Assembly (NCBI RefSeq): GCF_036971445.1
Contig: NC_091476.1
Location: 155,992,001 to 156,056,000 of the forward strand
Source of the DNA: Narcine bancroftii
Taxonomy: Eukaryota
Direction: 5' to 3'
Length of the DNA stretch: 64,000 bases
Shown: in pieces, positions 1 through 12,900 of the stretch
Numbering within the stretch: position 1 is the first letter of the stretch
Layout of the letters: the number at the start of each line of letters is the position of its first letter
The notes under the pieces: model-generated
Database searches by the model: none
Told to the model about the DNA's origin: nothing
The model's input: only the letters and a program-made list of their open reading frames with translations
Translations under genes and position numbers: made by a program

Positions 1-73
1 GGCCCAGGAGAATGGCCCTTATTCCCTGCTGGACACGGCTCGCCTTTGGTTCTTCTCCAGCCCCTGGGCTCAT
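1..73 (-). CDS. AK2: Adenylate kinase 2, coding exon 1 (partial, runs off the left edge)
   Basis: The reverse complement from ATG at 73 reads MSPGAGEEPKASRVQQGIRAILLG(P), matching the AK2 N-terminus (human ...KGIRAVLLGPPGAGKGT) leading into the P-loop. It lies in a CpG-rich segment. Only 24 codons are visible. Confidence 0.8.
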   Translation of the reverse strand, partial: MSPGAGEEPKASRVQQGIRAILLG

Positions 74-189
74 GTTTTAACGGTAACTGTCCAGCTTGGA
101 CAGATAACTTTTAAGGATAAACTTCTTTCTCCTCCCCACCCCCGACAGCGACAGAATCGATGCGGAGCCCCCACACCGATGGACTCCCA

Positions 190-250
190 GCGCCGCCAAT
201 TCGACGGCAAGGTCGTTGTAGAAAAGGAAGTGACGTCTAAACCCAGCGCC
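190..250. promoter_or_regulatory. AK2 promoter elements: CCAAT (196-200) and ETS/CRE composite AGGAAGTGACGTC (225-237)
   Basis: Motifs read directly, 120-165 bp upstream of the AK2 ATG in CpG-rich DNA. Confidence 0.5.
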
Positions 251-1132
251 CGTTTACCTGTAAATCCGCACATCTGTCCGGATTTTGGGATTGAACATTG
301 CAGTCTGTGTTGTAAGTAGGGGGGAAGCCATCTCGTACAACGAGTGTAGCAGTTAGCATTTGTTTTGTAGTCAATGCAAACTAAATATTTACTACAAAGC
401 AAGTAAATGCAAGTATTTACCACAATCACAACGCTTGCAGACTTACTAGTTTCACAACATTTGGATTCCTACTTGTCTGTCCCCTTTGCTCGGTGCTTTA
501 TCTTTCAAGTTCTCCAGACATTTAAAACAAATCTTTTGGGAGCTACCCAAGAATCCCGGAAGAAATTTCATATGGAGTAATAAAAATTGTGCTTCATTTT
601 CTATGGCCTTTTCATTTATTCATTGTCAATGCATTAGAGATGGGTGGTGAGAACTTACTTCTTTAATTGGGCGGGGTAATTGGAAAGGAGAAACTGCTGG
701 ACATCTCACCATCTAGAATGAGGACCTTCAAAAGAGAGTTGACCTCTTCGTGGAAATGGGAAAATTGCACATTTTAAAGAATTAATAGTGACAAATGACA
801 GATGTCTTCTGTGGGTCAAAATGTGTTGGAGTTTGGTAATTAAATAAAAACTGAATTCTGACTCCCCCGACCTCTTATATTCTGAGACTATGCCCGCTGG
901 TTCCAGACTCTCCCATGAGAGGAAAATCATAAAAAATGCTCTCAGGTCAGGGAGCAGAGGAACAGAGTTAGCAATTTTAAGTCAAAACCTCTTTAATTGA
1001 AGAATTCCTCCTCTTTCCTCAAATACTACCTGACATGTTGAGTGTTTCCAACACATTTTGTGTTTGTTCCAATGAAATAATATTTGCCTTGATTGAGAGA
1101 TCAGGAAACAATCAATAAAAATTGGTTTAATG

Positions 1133-1497
1133 CAGTAATTCTCAATTTTTTTCCCCACTCACATAACACTTTAAGTATTTCCTATGCCACAGGTGCTCTG
1201 TAATTAGTAAGGAATTGCTTAAGGTGGTATGTGGGTGGAAAGAAAAAGTTTGAAAACCACTGTTTTAATCGTACCTAATTGACTCGCTTTGTTCATGGTT
1301 TCATAACTCCAAAGGAAATGGGCCAATGACAATTTTTCTCAAGCAAAATATTTCAGTAACAATTGGGTCTAGAACAGTGGTTCTCATCCTTACCTTCCCA
1401 CTCACATTCCACCTTAAGCAACCCCTTACTAATCACAGAGCATCTATAGCATAGGGATTACTTAAAGTGGTATGTGAGTGAAAAGAAAAAGGTTAAA
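1133..1497. mobile_element. hAT/Charlie-type MITE, composite of two inverted ~125-bp units
   Basis: Termini CAGTAATTCTCAA...TTGAAAACCACTG (1133-1262) and CAGTGGTTCTCA... (from 1375). The two units are mutually inverted and internally palindromic. Confidence 0.65.
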
Positions 1498-2189
1498 AGA
1501 GAAGTCAAGAAGGAACATTATATAATTGAATGAGTGGTCAGTTCTTGGAACTCCATGCCAAAAAGTGGAATGAAAGGCAGGAACCTACCATTTAAAAAGA
1601 AACTGATTTAGCATTGAGAGTTGTAACTTATGGACCAAGAAATAACAAGTGGGATTGTTTAAAGATATTATTTAACCAGCATGACACAGTGGGCCAAATG
1701 GCTTCCTACATATGCCGTAATTCTGATTCTATGATAATCACTACAAGCTTTCTCTTAGACAGACACAGGTAATGATTTTATTGCTGGTGGTTAGTTTTTT
1801 TTCATAGATCCATCTGTTATTTATGGTGTCATTTGTGTGAAGTTGCAGATTGCAAACAGCTGCTTCATTTTTTGCCAGAGTGGCTGAATTTCAAATTACT
1901 TCTGCTGTACACTCCATTACAGACCTTCCTTTTCTTCTCAGTACTCTTTCCCCAATTCCATTTTTGCTTACTCACATCATTAACTTTTTACTGATCTGAC
2001 ACCCTGAAGTATCTGCATGCTATTCCATCCACAGATTCAACCCAACCTTGTGAACACTTTGTAATTATTTTTCGAAGATCCAACAGGACTGTTTTTTTTG
2101 CATTAATTTTACTTATTGTTAGGTGGTTTATACAAATGTTTGCACTGTGATGCTGCCTTAAAACAACAAATTTTGTGACAAATAAAATA

Positions 2190-3335
2190 TGATAGGCTGC
2201 AGATGCTGTGATTGGTATAAATACACCAAAATGCTGGAGGAACTCAGCCGGTCTTTTGAGCATCTAAAGGAGACAAAGGTATATAGCCGACATTTCGGGC
2301 CTGAGCCCTTCTTCAAGAAAAAATCAGTAAGTCAAAATATCAGAAATTCTCAGAACTCAAACGATGGGGAAGGAATCCAGACCAACAAAAGGTGTAAATT
2401 GGATATGATAAGGAACTAGGCAGAATTCATCATGTTTGTGAGAAAGGAGACAGGGAAAGGAGAGACAACAGGGGAAGAAGGGGGTGGGATGGGGTGGGTT
2501 TTTAACGAAAGCCAGAGAAATCAATATTAATGGCATCCAGTTGGAGGGTGCCCATTTGGAAGATTTGTTGGCAGTGCTTGAGACTACAGACAGACATGTC
2601 ATCAAGGGAATGGGATGGAGAACTGGAAATGGGTGGATCCTCGCTATTGGGGTGGACATAACCGAGGTGGTTAACAAAACAATCTCCCAGTCTGTGTCCA
2701 CTCTCTCCAATGTAGAGGAGACCACAGCAGGAGAACCAGATCCAGTAGATGACCCCTAGAGATTCACAAGTGAAATGTTCCTTCACTTGGAAGGACTGTT
2801 TGGTGGCCCGAATGGTGCTGAGGGAGGAGGTGTAGGTGCAAGTGGAGCCTCTCCTGTGGTCACAGGGGTAGGTCCCAGGGGGATGATTGGTGGGGAGGGA
2901 GGAGTGGACATGGAAGTCAGAGGGAGTAGTCCCTGCAGAAGACAGAGGGGAGGAGAGGGGAATATGTGTCTAGTGGTAGATCACGTAGTAGGTGGTGGAA
3001 ATGGCAGATGAGGATGCGCTGGATGCAGAGGCTGGTGGGGTGATAGGTGAGGACAAGGGGAATCCTGTCCTTGTTGCACGTGGGCAGCGGAGAGGGCACG
3101 GGCAGATGTGCAGGTAATGTGGTCAAGTGGCAAGTTGACGGTGGTGGAGGGAAAGCCACATTGCCCGAAGGACATCTCTGACGATCTAGCATTGAAGTCC
3201 TCATCCTGGGTGCAGGTGTGACAGAGACAGAGGGATTGAGAGAAAGGAATGGAATCCTTACAGGGGTCAGGGTGGGAAGAGGTGTAGCTGAGGTCGCTGT
3301 GGAAGCTGATGGGTTTATAGAGGAAGTCTGTCAAG
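2190..3335 (-). mobile_element. Penelope-like retroelement fragment (RT C-terminus, GIY-YIG endonuclease, terminal repeat), degenerate
   Basis: ORF pieces FLYKP..SYTSSHP..CKDSIPFSQ, RIPLVLTYHP and GVIYWIWFSCCGLLYIGESGHRLGDCF (GIY-YIG), broken by frameshifts. Confidence 0.8.
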
Positions 3336-3769
3336 TTTTGTGAAGTTCATGACAATAAATATTTATGTTTCATCAAGTCCACCTTTGGTACAGTAGTGTA
3401 ATCTTGTCAGGGTAGTGAAAGTAGATTCAATCTCAGCTTTCAAGAGGGATTTAGATTCTGGGTTGGACCCAAAAAAAATTCTAAAAAGGTTTATTCACAA
3501 TAAATGATTCAGAGAAAGAAATTCATTCTAATTTGCTTCCCATCCTTAATGTCATGCCCACCCTTGGACATTATTACAGTCACATTCAAAGAACGTCCTC
3601 ATTCAGACAACAAGCACCATGACCTCCCCCTCCCCTTCCACTGCAGTCACGAGCCTGCGCCGGGCAACCCCGCGTGCACGCCGCGCTCGCTCCTGTTGAC
3701 ACGTGTCCACCTCCTGGTTGGCTCCTCTGATTTGAACCCGCGTCGAGGTCGCCCGTGCGGGCGAAGCAG

Positions 3770-3788
3770 CCAATCGGCGGCGGCCACG
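3770..3788 (+). promoter_or_regulatory. ER stress response element (ERSE)
   Basis: Exact CCAAT-N9-CCACG: CCAATcggcggcggCCACG, about 165 bp upstream of the PDIA6 ATG inside a CpG island (~3640-4060). Palindrome GACACGTGTC at 3698-3707. Confidence 0.9.
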
Positions 3789-3951
3789 GTATGAGTCGGG
3801 GGCCGTGTCGAAGCGGAGCGTCAGTTGCCGGACGGTCAGCGCCAGTGGGGAGACACCACGGCTTCGGATACACGGCTTGTGGGGCTGACACAGCGGGCGG
3901 GCGGGCATCCTTTCTCGAACCAGTTACGGCAGGACGCAGCTCCGGTGAAAG

Positions 3952-3994
3952 ATGAGGCCCGCCGGCGGGGAGACGGAAGTTCTCCGTGGACTAG
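3952..3994 (+). CDS. PDIA6: PDIA6 exon 1 ([15 protein letters not shown])
   Basis: ATG in context AAGATGA; donor AG|GTGAGT; phase 1 fits exon 2. Confidence 0.75.
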
Positions 3995-6900
3995 GTGAGT
4001 GTGGGCTGGACCGACTGTACTCTTCTCCCGCTCCAGCTTTCCCCATCGTATCTGGGCGTTCAGGGTGTTGGCAGAGAAATCTGTGTCTATTGTATTTTGT
4101 GGTAATGGATGCAGATGATTTTTGCATCTTAAACTATAAATAGGGTGTAGAAAGTTTTTTTTGTCTTGAGACCATATTTTTTTTGGCTAAGTGGAAGGAG
4201 GTGACCGTGATTTCCCTTTGCTTATTAGGGTACAGTTTTGTTTTTCTGCAATCCAACCAGGAAAGTGTGCCACTTTCAAACCAAACTTAAGTGAAATGTG
4301 ATCTCTCAATTGGAGATTTTTCTTCCACGCATGTTTTGTGGTTGGGACTTTGCAGATTATGCATGCCCACTGGTTTGAAGTAGACTCGCCTGTTCACTCT
4401 TGGAAGCTATGCTCTGAGTTTAGTAACTTGAGAGCAGGTGGCTTTTGAGCAATGTTATTGGTTAACTTCAAGTGAAGCTTTGCAAATACTTGAAATCTGA
4501 ATTAAGAATCACGTTTGCACGGTGTGGAAAAGTCTTTTGGCTTGCAATATTTGTGCTGACTGTGTACTGATACTAATCCTATTTATCCACTTTAGGCCTT
4601 TTCCTATTATGCTTTCGATTGGCTGCTTAAATATTCTGAGAATATCCCCATCGCTGTCTCAAGTACTGCATTCCAGGTTCCAATCCCACTGTAAAATTCT
4701 CCTCAAACTCTTGTACTACAAATCAAAAATGCTGTAAATTCATTTGTTAAATGCACCTGTGAAAATAAACTAATTTAATGTTCTGTATCGGGGTGGGGGG
4801 GAAAGGTTGACCCAGTCATTTCATTGGTGTTGCCTGATTGGAATATTCCATGCTTTTAAAGTTTTATTATAAAGGTTTTTTAAAGATTGTTGCAGTTACC
4901 ATTGTTTTCCTTTGTAGGGTTCCTTGGCATGTTATTTGTCACTGTCCATGCTCTTTACTCAGCAAGTGATGATGTTGTGGAACTTTCCCAAAGCAACTTC
5001 AATAGGGAAGTCATTCAAAGTGATGAACTATGGTTGGTGGAGTTCTACGCACCATGGTAAGTTTAACAAATAGATTTGCTGCAGCTGAATTGGTCATGTC
5101 ATTTTGAGATACTGAACACCAGAATTTATTGTCATGAACATAATTACAAAATTTGTTTTGTGGCAGCTTTACAATGCAAATATTGCTATAAAATTGCATT
5201 TAAAAAAAAAAAAAATAAATAAATAAAAGATCATGAGGTATTGTCTGTGTTCATTGTCCATTCAGAAATCTGATGTCAGAGGGGAAGAAGCTGTCCTTGT
5301 TCTGCTGGGTGTTTGTCTTTGGGCTCCTGTACCTTTTTCCCTGATGGTGGCACTGAAGAGGGCACACCCTGGGTGGTGAGGTTTCTTGAGAATAGAGGCT
5401 GCCTTCATAAGACACTACTGCTTCTAGATGTCCTTGATAGAGTGGAGCCTGATGCCTGTGATGGCACTGACTGAGTTCACTCTAGTTTTTCTTTTCCTGT
5501 GCATTGGCACCTCTATACCAGAGTATAGAGTACTGATTCAACCAGTCAGAATGCTCTCACTTGTAGAAACTTATGAGTCTTTGGTGACCTGCCAAATCTA
5601 CTCAAACTCCTCACAAAGTATAGCTGCTGGTGATCCTCCTTCATGTTTGCATTGACGTGGAGGCCTCAGGACAGATCCTCAGATGTTGAGACCCAAAAAC
5701 TTAACCCTTTTCTACTGCTGACCCCTCAATGAAGACTGCTTTATAATTTCCCCTTCCTGAAGTCCACAATCGGCTCCTTGGATTTGCTAATGTTGAGTGC
5801 ACGGTTGTTGTGGCACTACTCAACTAGCTGATCTATCTCCCCCTGTATGCTTCCTCATTGCCATCTGTAATTCTGCATACGACCGTGGTGTTGTCGGCAA
5901 ATTTGTTACAGCATTTGCTGTTCAGTTCTCTAATTCTATGGTCAATCCAGAGAGTTTAGTTCATAGTCTTATTTGATATTGAATAGTCATGTAAAATATC
6001 TTGTATAGATGAACTTAACATTTTTATCTTAGTTGTGAATATTGTTACCTATTTTCAAATGAGTTATAAAAATGTTGTATTCCAAATTAATCAGTCTGCT
6101 CATCAGCTGAACAAAATTAACTGATTCACAAAAACCTGGAACTGCTGCATTTTGGATTTAAAACTGAAATTGTAGAAAGAGATTGAACTAATTCTACTTG
6201 TGTATAAAATATCAAAACCTAGAAACCGCACATTTTCTTTGAATTAAATTTGAGGTTCTCTTGCATCCACCCTTATGTTTCATTAAGATTCTTGTTCTTT
6301 TGAACCCCAAACACTAAAGTCAAACTACTCAGGACTTGATCAGGCTCTGCTATATGAGCATTGACAAATACTCTGATCCATGCACACAACTAAGTATGTA
6401 CTATACATTTACAAGAATAAACTCAGTTGTGCATTCATCTTTGCCCATTTCCTCCATCAAAGATTCTCTTGTCCCAGCTTTCTTCAGTGTGCCCTCTGCT
6501 TTAAAATTCCTCCTAATCTCCCTCAATGACATTCATACCTTTAAAAGTAATCCACTTTCCCATCCTTGCTCCTAATGCTTGATCCCCCTCCTGTGTACCA
6601 TGCTTTATACTTGCTGTTTTATCTGGCCATCTACTCTCAACCTTCTACCAATATCTATCCAATACTTAAAAATAGTTGTGCAATGGATAGCTTCCATTCC
6701 TCATTATGAAGTTTGGATTGAAAACGTCAAGATCAAAATGACTCCAATAGTAACAAAAGTCAGTGTAACTCAGAAACCTGGATATTTTTATGTTTGCTTG
6801 CTGCTCTCTGACAAAATTCAGATTTATTGTCAGAGTACATACATGACATTGCATACAACCCTGAGCTTCCTTTTCCTGTGGGCATGGCAGAATTACCACT

Positions 6901-9900
6901 AATTGGTAGTGCAAAAAAAGTACAATGTACACATGTAAACAAAATGTAAACAAACAGTGCAATACAGAGAGGGGAAAAAAATTAAGTGCAAAATAAGAGT
7001 CCTTGAATGAGTCCCTGATTGTTTATTGTTTAGGAGTCTGATGGCAGAGGGGTATTAGCTATTCCTGTACCTGGTGGTGCAAATCTTGTGGCACCTATAC
7101 CTCTTTCCTGATGGTAGGAGCAAGAACAGAGCATGTGCTTGGTCGTGTGGATCTCTGCTGGCAGATTTCCCTGTAGATGTTTTCGACGGTGAAGAAGGTT
7201 TTGCTTTTGATGTCCTGGGCTGTGTCCACTACCTTTTGCAGGGCTTGACTCTGAGGGGTATTGGTTCCCCATACCCCTGCATGATGCAACTGGTCAGCGC
7301 ACTTCCCACCACACATCTGTTGCTAGGGTTCCAATGTCCTACCAAACCTCCGCAAATTGCTGAGGAAGAGATCACCAACTTAAAGAACAAGGTGGTCACA
7401 ACAGCAACCAGAAGTTCAAGTTCAACCTCTGAGAGGATTTGTGGTCCCCACACTTACCACATCAGCACCTCCGAACTCCTGAGAAATTATTTTGTAAGTA
7501 TTATATTGCAGACCTGCAATTCTCCATGAAATATGTGGGACTGTGGATCCTCAACCAGATCTAATTTAAGCTATCAGATTCTGCACACCACCTGAGCTTA
7601 AGTGTTGGAATCTCAGTTACATTCAGCTGTCATTGGGCTTCTTGTGGTAGAGCAAACACACAATTTGTTCACTTCTGTTTGCTTATAAATGTACAAAGTG
7701 TCGCCACTAGCCCATCGGCTCTTTTGAGAGGAGGAAGAGAAGCAAAAGAGTCCCTTCAGAGACATTTGAGTGTTCATGTATCCCACCACGTCTTCAATGC
7801 TGCAGCCATTTGCACTCTCATAACCTCAGTGACCATGTGGCCTCATCTGTTCCTGTGGTGAATCCAAATTCAAGGTATTCAAATCCCCCTCGGCCCCTTT
7901 CTTGGAAATCCCCCTCGGGAGCCCGACTCCCCATCGGAACCCTCATGAATCAGTCTGTATAAAATTTCCTTAAAAATACTTTTTCTTTCAGGTGTGGGCA
8001 TTGTCAGAATTTGGCCCCAGAGTGGAAGAAAGCTGCATCAGCCTTGAAGGTTGTATTTTTAAAAAGCTTAACCAAGTTGGTTTGTCAGTTAAAATATTTT
8101 CACTTGAGTTTTCCTAATTAACAACAAATGCTATTTCAATTTTTAAAAATTGCTTTTCTTTGGAATTGTATACCAACAGATATTCAATTTGAGTAACTAA
8201 AGTTTGACTTTGCTAAAGGTTTAATAAATTGTTAGGTTTGGAAAATCTTATTTGCTATTCCCAATTATAGTCTTAGGATCATTCATAGTCTTGTTAGTGT
8301 TCTATTTGTTACAATGTTTGTATACGCTTCAATTTATTTTTCTTTATATTAATTTTCTCTTTCTTGCCGGCCATGTTTTAGTGTTTGTTGAGATTAAATT
8401 TTGTCATTCATTATTTCAAAATTACTCAAGTTTTATCCTGATTTGTTATTTCAAATAATGTGCTGTCATGTGTAAGAATTTTTTTAAAGACAACATTTTG
8501 GGAATTTTCATTTAATTTGCAATGTAAAGTGATAAAATTGTAACTTTGCTCTAATGTTGCAGGGAATTGTAAAAGTTGGAGCAGTAGATGCAGACAAACA
8601 TCAGTCTCTTGGTGGGCAGTATGGTGTTCAGGGATTTCCAACCATAAAGATTTTTGGATTAAACAAGAACAAACCTGATGATTATAATGGTAAGTTGTGG
8701 GGAACTCTTTATACAGAAATAATCATTGCTTCTGATTGAAGCAATATGCTTTCTACTGCCATTAATGAAATGTTAAATGTTTTTGAAAAGATAATTCAGC
8801 CAGCCCAAAGGACTCCAAAACCCAGCAGCAATAGATACTCACCATGACAAATGGTTCTTAGACAAAAGTTGGTTTGAATTATCCTTAAACATGAAAACAG
8901 AATCAAACTTTAACTTATCTCTTTTTAACTAACTTAAATTAACCCCTTTCTAATTCTAAGCGCACATGTATGTAATGTGTGTGTAAATTTTAAGAAAGTT
9001 CTTTGGTTCACAGTCCAATCTCACTTCTCATTCTTCCAAGTTCTCTGGTTGCAGGCAATTCTTATATGTGCACAGAATTTAACATGTATAAAGTTCACCA
9101 GGCTTTGGTGCTCAAAAGGTAAATGGTTACCGTTCAGGAAGGTTCTTGTAGGATTTGTAGAGAGAGATGTTTGGTTCCAGGATTTCCACAACTGAGGTAC
9201 TTCCCTCAGTCACCTCAGTGTCTTGCTGATGAAACTTGTCCCATCAGGGTTCTCCAGATAATAACCCCTTTCTTTCAGGTTATCACAGTTACTTTCTGTT
9301 TCTCTTATTCCAAGAGAAATACTAGACGGCTCATTTTCTCCTCTTGCATGACACACAAGAGTAGACCATCCTCCACTCTGGAGCTTCTGTTTCAGTTCCA
9401 AGCTTCTCCTGGCTGACACTGTTCGTCTGTCTTGACCTCCAGCAAACAATTGAAGTCCGTTTTCTGGGTTTTTTTTTAGGTAAACAATAACCCATTAGTG
9501 ACCTTTCTGTGATCACTCCAAAACTCTGCAAAGAACTATCAATAGACATCATATCTCCTGCTTGTTTTAAAGACAATAGATCATTTATTTCCACAGTTTC
9601 TGTAAAGCACTCATAATATGAATTCTCCAGTATTTTCAAATAAGATCTGTTTTAAAGTGTGTATATATGTAACCTACTCTACTTTTCCCAATTTATCTCC
9701 CAAAATTATTTCTATATATTCCGTCACAATACCATAAAATTTAAACTAACAATCTAGCTAAATTATAAGAAAAAGGCATTTAAGAAATGATTATTCATAT
9801 TTTGATGTGCTTTTAATAGTGACTATGATTTTTTTTACAGTTTGGGTTGGTGACTAATAAATGTTACAAGGGCTTAAAAATTAAAGTCTGGTGAAGTGGA

Positions 9901-12900
9901 ATTTCAGGTCTAAGAATTTAATTTCTGTATTGTCAGTGGTGCTGATTTTCATTACGTGCAGGTGCTAGATCTGCCCAAGGAATTACTGATGTAGCCCTTA
10001 ACACTTTGCGGTCAATTGTCCGGGATAGACTTGGAGGCAAAAGCAGCTCAAGTTCTGGCAAAAAGGTAAAATCTTTAACTCTTAGAAATGGGCACTTGTG
10101 ATAGATATTTAATTGAAAGCCAGTAGACAGACGAATGTTAAGTTGATATTATCTATGAATGATGATTTTCAATGGATCTTGCTTATGAGGATATTATTTC
10201 TTTTAATCAGCACTGGAGGAGATGATGTGTTCAGAAAAGCAGGACATCTGTTAGTGCTGTGATAACTGTGCAAGAATTAGCATTGGTCAATACCTACAAA
10301 CAATATAACATTTTTGGAAACACTTGGTCGATCAGGCAGCTTCTGCTGGAAAATGGATTTATATTTCATGTCAGAATTGGGTCAGAAAGTGATGCATTGC
10401 AGTGAAGATTGGGAGAAGCCTGGATTGAAAAGAAATACCTGTAGCAGATTGGGAACAAAGTGGTTGTGGGACAATTACAGTGAGGAAAAACTAAACACCT
10501 CTGATCTTCAAGCAAGCCAGCTTAGCCTTTCTGTGCAGTGACAGGATTAGTAAGAAAAAGCAAAGTGCTTTTATACCCTCTCCAGGTCTTTCTAAAATAG
10601 GTACTGCAGCATAAAAAGATGGGGGTCTTGGGTAAATCCTTTTGGGTGGGGAAAATCTGAAACCTGGGCATTTTGCTTGAAATTTGTGTATTTGGATAAA
10701 ACAAAGTATTTTGAGAATGACTGTGTGCTTTAAAGGTCTGTGAATTTTTACCTTGTGTTAAGATGTTTGTTTTAAATCAAACTGGAAAATATCCTAGTAA
10801 TTGTCTGTAGACCAGTCATGGCTTGAACCTTCTGTTAACAAAAGAATTCTTGGATTTCTGGGTGAAGTAACAGAAATACTCTCATAATCAAGATTTTATT
10901 ATTTCACTTTTAATTATTCTCTGGTTACAGAGCACTGATAGTAAATCTGGTAAAAAAGATGTGATTGAGTTGACGGATGATACATTTGATGCAAATGTGA
11001 TCGGGAGCAGTGACATTTGGATGGTGGAGTTCTATGCACCGTGGTGTGGGCACTGCAAGAGGTAACTTTCTCTCACCATGGATACACTTAGAAGAAATGT
11101 GCTAGGTGCAGTGAGATCTGATAAAATCTGTATGTTGTACTGTATTTGGATACTAAAAGAATGTCAGTAATTTGCAGGTTTGATCGCTTTGGGTTCAGAG
11201 CGACTTTTCTTAGACTCCACAGAACTAATGCTCATATCACTATCTGGCATGGCAGAGAGACTCTTGCCTTTGCTATTACTTTAGGTTTATTTTCGATCCA
11301 ATTTTTGAGGGTATTTTTTTGTATGGGCTCACTTAAGATTGCCAATCTTTACTAGATTAGATGTTCTGTGTAAGATGATTGGGGTGAACAAAATTTTCCT
11401 GAGTTAGTAAAAAGTTACATATACTTGCGTAAGATGGCCTTGTGCATTATTGCTGCAATTGAACAGCTGTCTAACATTTGCCTTCTAATTTACCTGAAGA
11501 TATTTTTTTTTTAAATTTTTATTTTTCACACCATAAACCACATTGATCAAGATACATACATTTTCCTTTTCAAATATATACAGTGTCGTTTTCTCCACCT
11601 GAAGATGTTCTTGAGGTAAACTTGTGCCTATAAAGCTAGATTTCAAAAGGGAGTCAATGTAGGAAAAGAATGGGTGGGTTACCAGAGAAAAGATGGATCT
11701 TTGGTTTTGGAAATCCTAAAGAAAATTAAATTAGCTGACTGTTGGGTACACTAAAGTTAAAAAATGCAAAAAATGAGAGGGTGCCAAAGTAAAGACAATT
11801 CTAAAGGGAGGAACATGGAGAAAAGATATTGAGAACCTCCAGGAAAATAATTGTGAAATGTAAGATTAATTATAGATTACTTGCCTAAGTTTTCCTGTGC
11901 CATTTAAACTTAAAACCAAAATGGCAATAGCTGCTGTCCACATGTCCTGTTGCAGAATTGTCCAGTATGTTGGCTGCTCCCAACAGTGAATTAGGATCTA
12001 AACAAGTGCATTTTTTGTCAAGTTGCCCCTCCCTCGATAACTACAAAATGGTGGAAATGCACAGAAGGTCAAAGAGTATCTGGTGAGAAGCAGAAGTTCA
12101 TCAGAACTGGGAAAAGTTAGACACTAGAATTTAGGACATGGCCTCAAGATTTGGGAAAGTAGATTTAAGACAGGTGAAGAAGTTTTCCCAGAGGATTGAA
12201 GCTGTGGAATTTTGTCCAAGGAACTTGAGAAATAGTAAGAGTAGGGCTATCGAGTCTGCTCTGCCATTCAATTAGATCATTGCTGATCTGATGATGGGCT
12301 TATCTCCACCTACCTGCCTTTTTCCCCATATTCATTAATTTCCCTATTTGTAGAAATCTAACCAACCTTGTCTTAAATATATTTACTGAGGTAGCCTCCA
12401 CTGCTTCAATGGGCAGTGAACTTGATAGATTTACCACTCTCTGGGAAAAGCAGTTCCTCCTCATCTCTGTCCTAAATCTACTTTCCTAGATCTTGAGGCT
12501 ATGTCCTCTAATTCTAGTCTTGCCCCCCCCCACCATTAGGAACAACTTGCCTTATCTTGCTATAGAGTTGCCTCAGTGGATATATTCAAGACATGGTTGA
12601 AAAGATTTTTTTTGGGTGGGGGGGGGAGGTGTGGTTGAATCTATGGCCATAATCAACCATGATCTTATTAAATGATGAAGCTGGCTAACCGGCCAGATGG
12701 CCTACTCCTCATTGGGGAAGGGGGTGATGCGGTCACGTGGGGAGGGGAGAGAGAGGGGGGGAGATGATTTGGAATGGGGAAGGGGGTGATACGGTGATGG
12801 CCTACTCCTCATATTCCTTGTGTTCTTATGAGTAAAAATTTAAAGATGAGGAGAATAAAGGGAAAGCAATAGTTGAGGAGCATCTACAGTCATTTGTATT

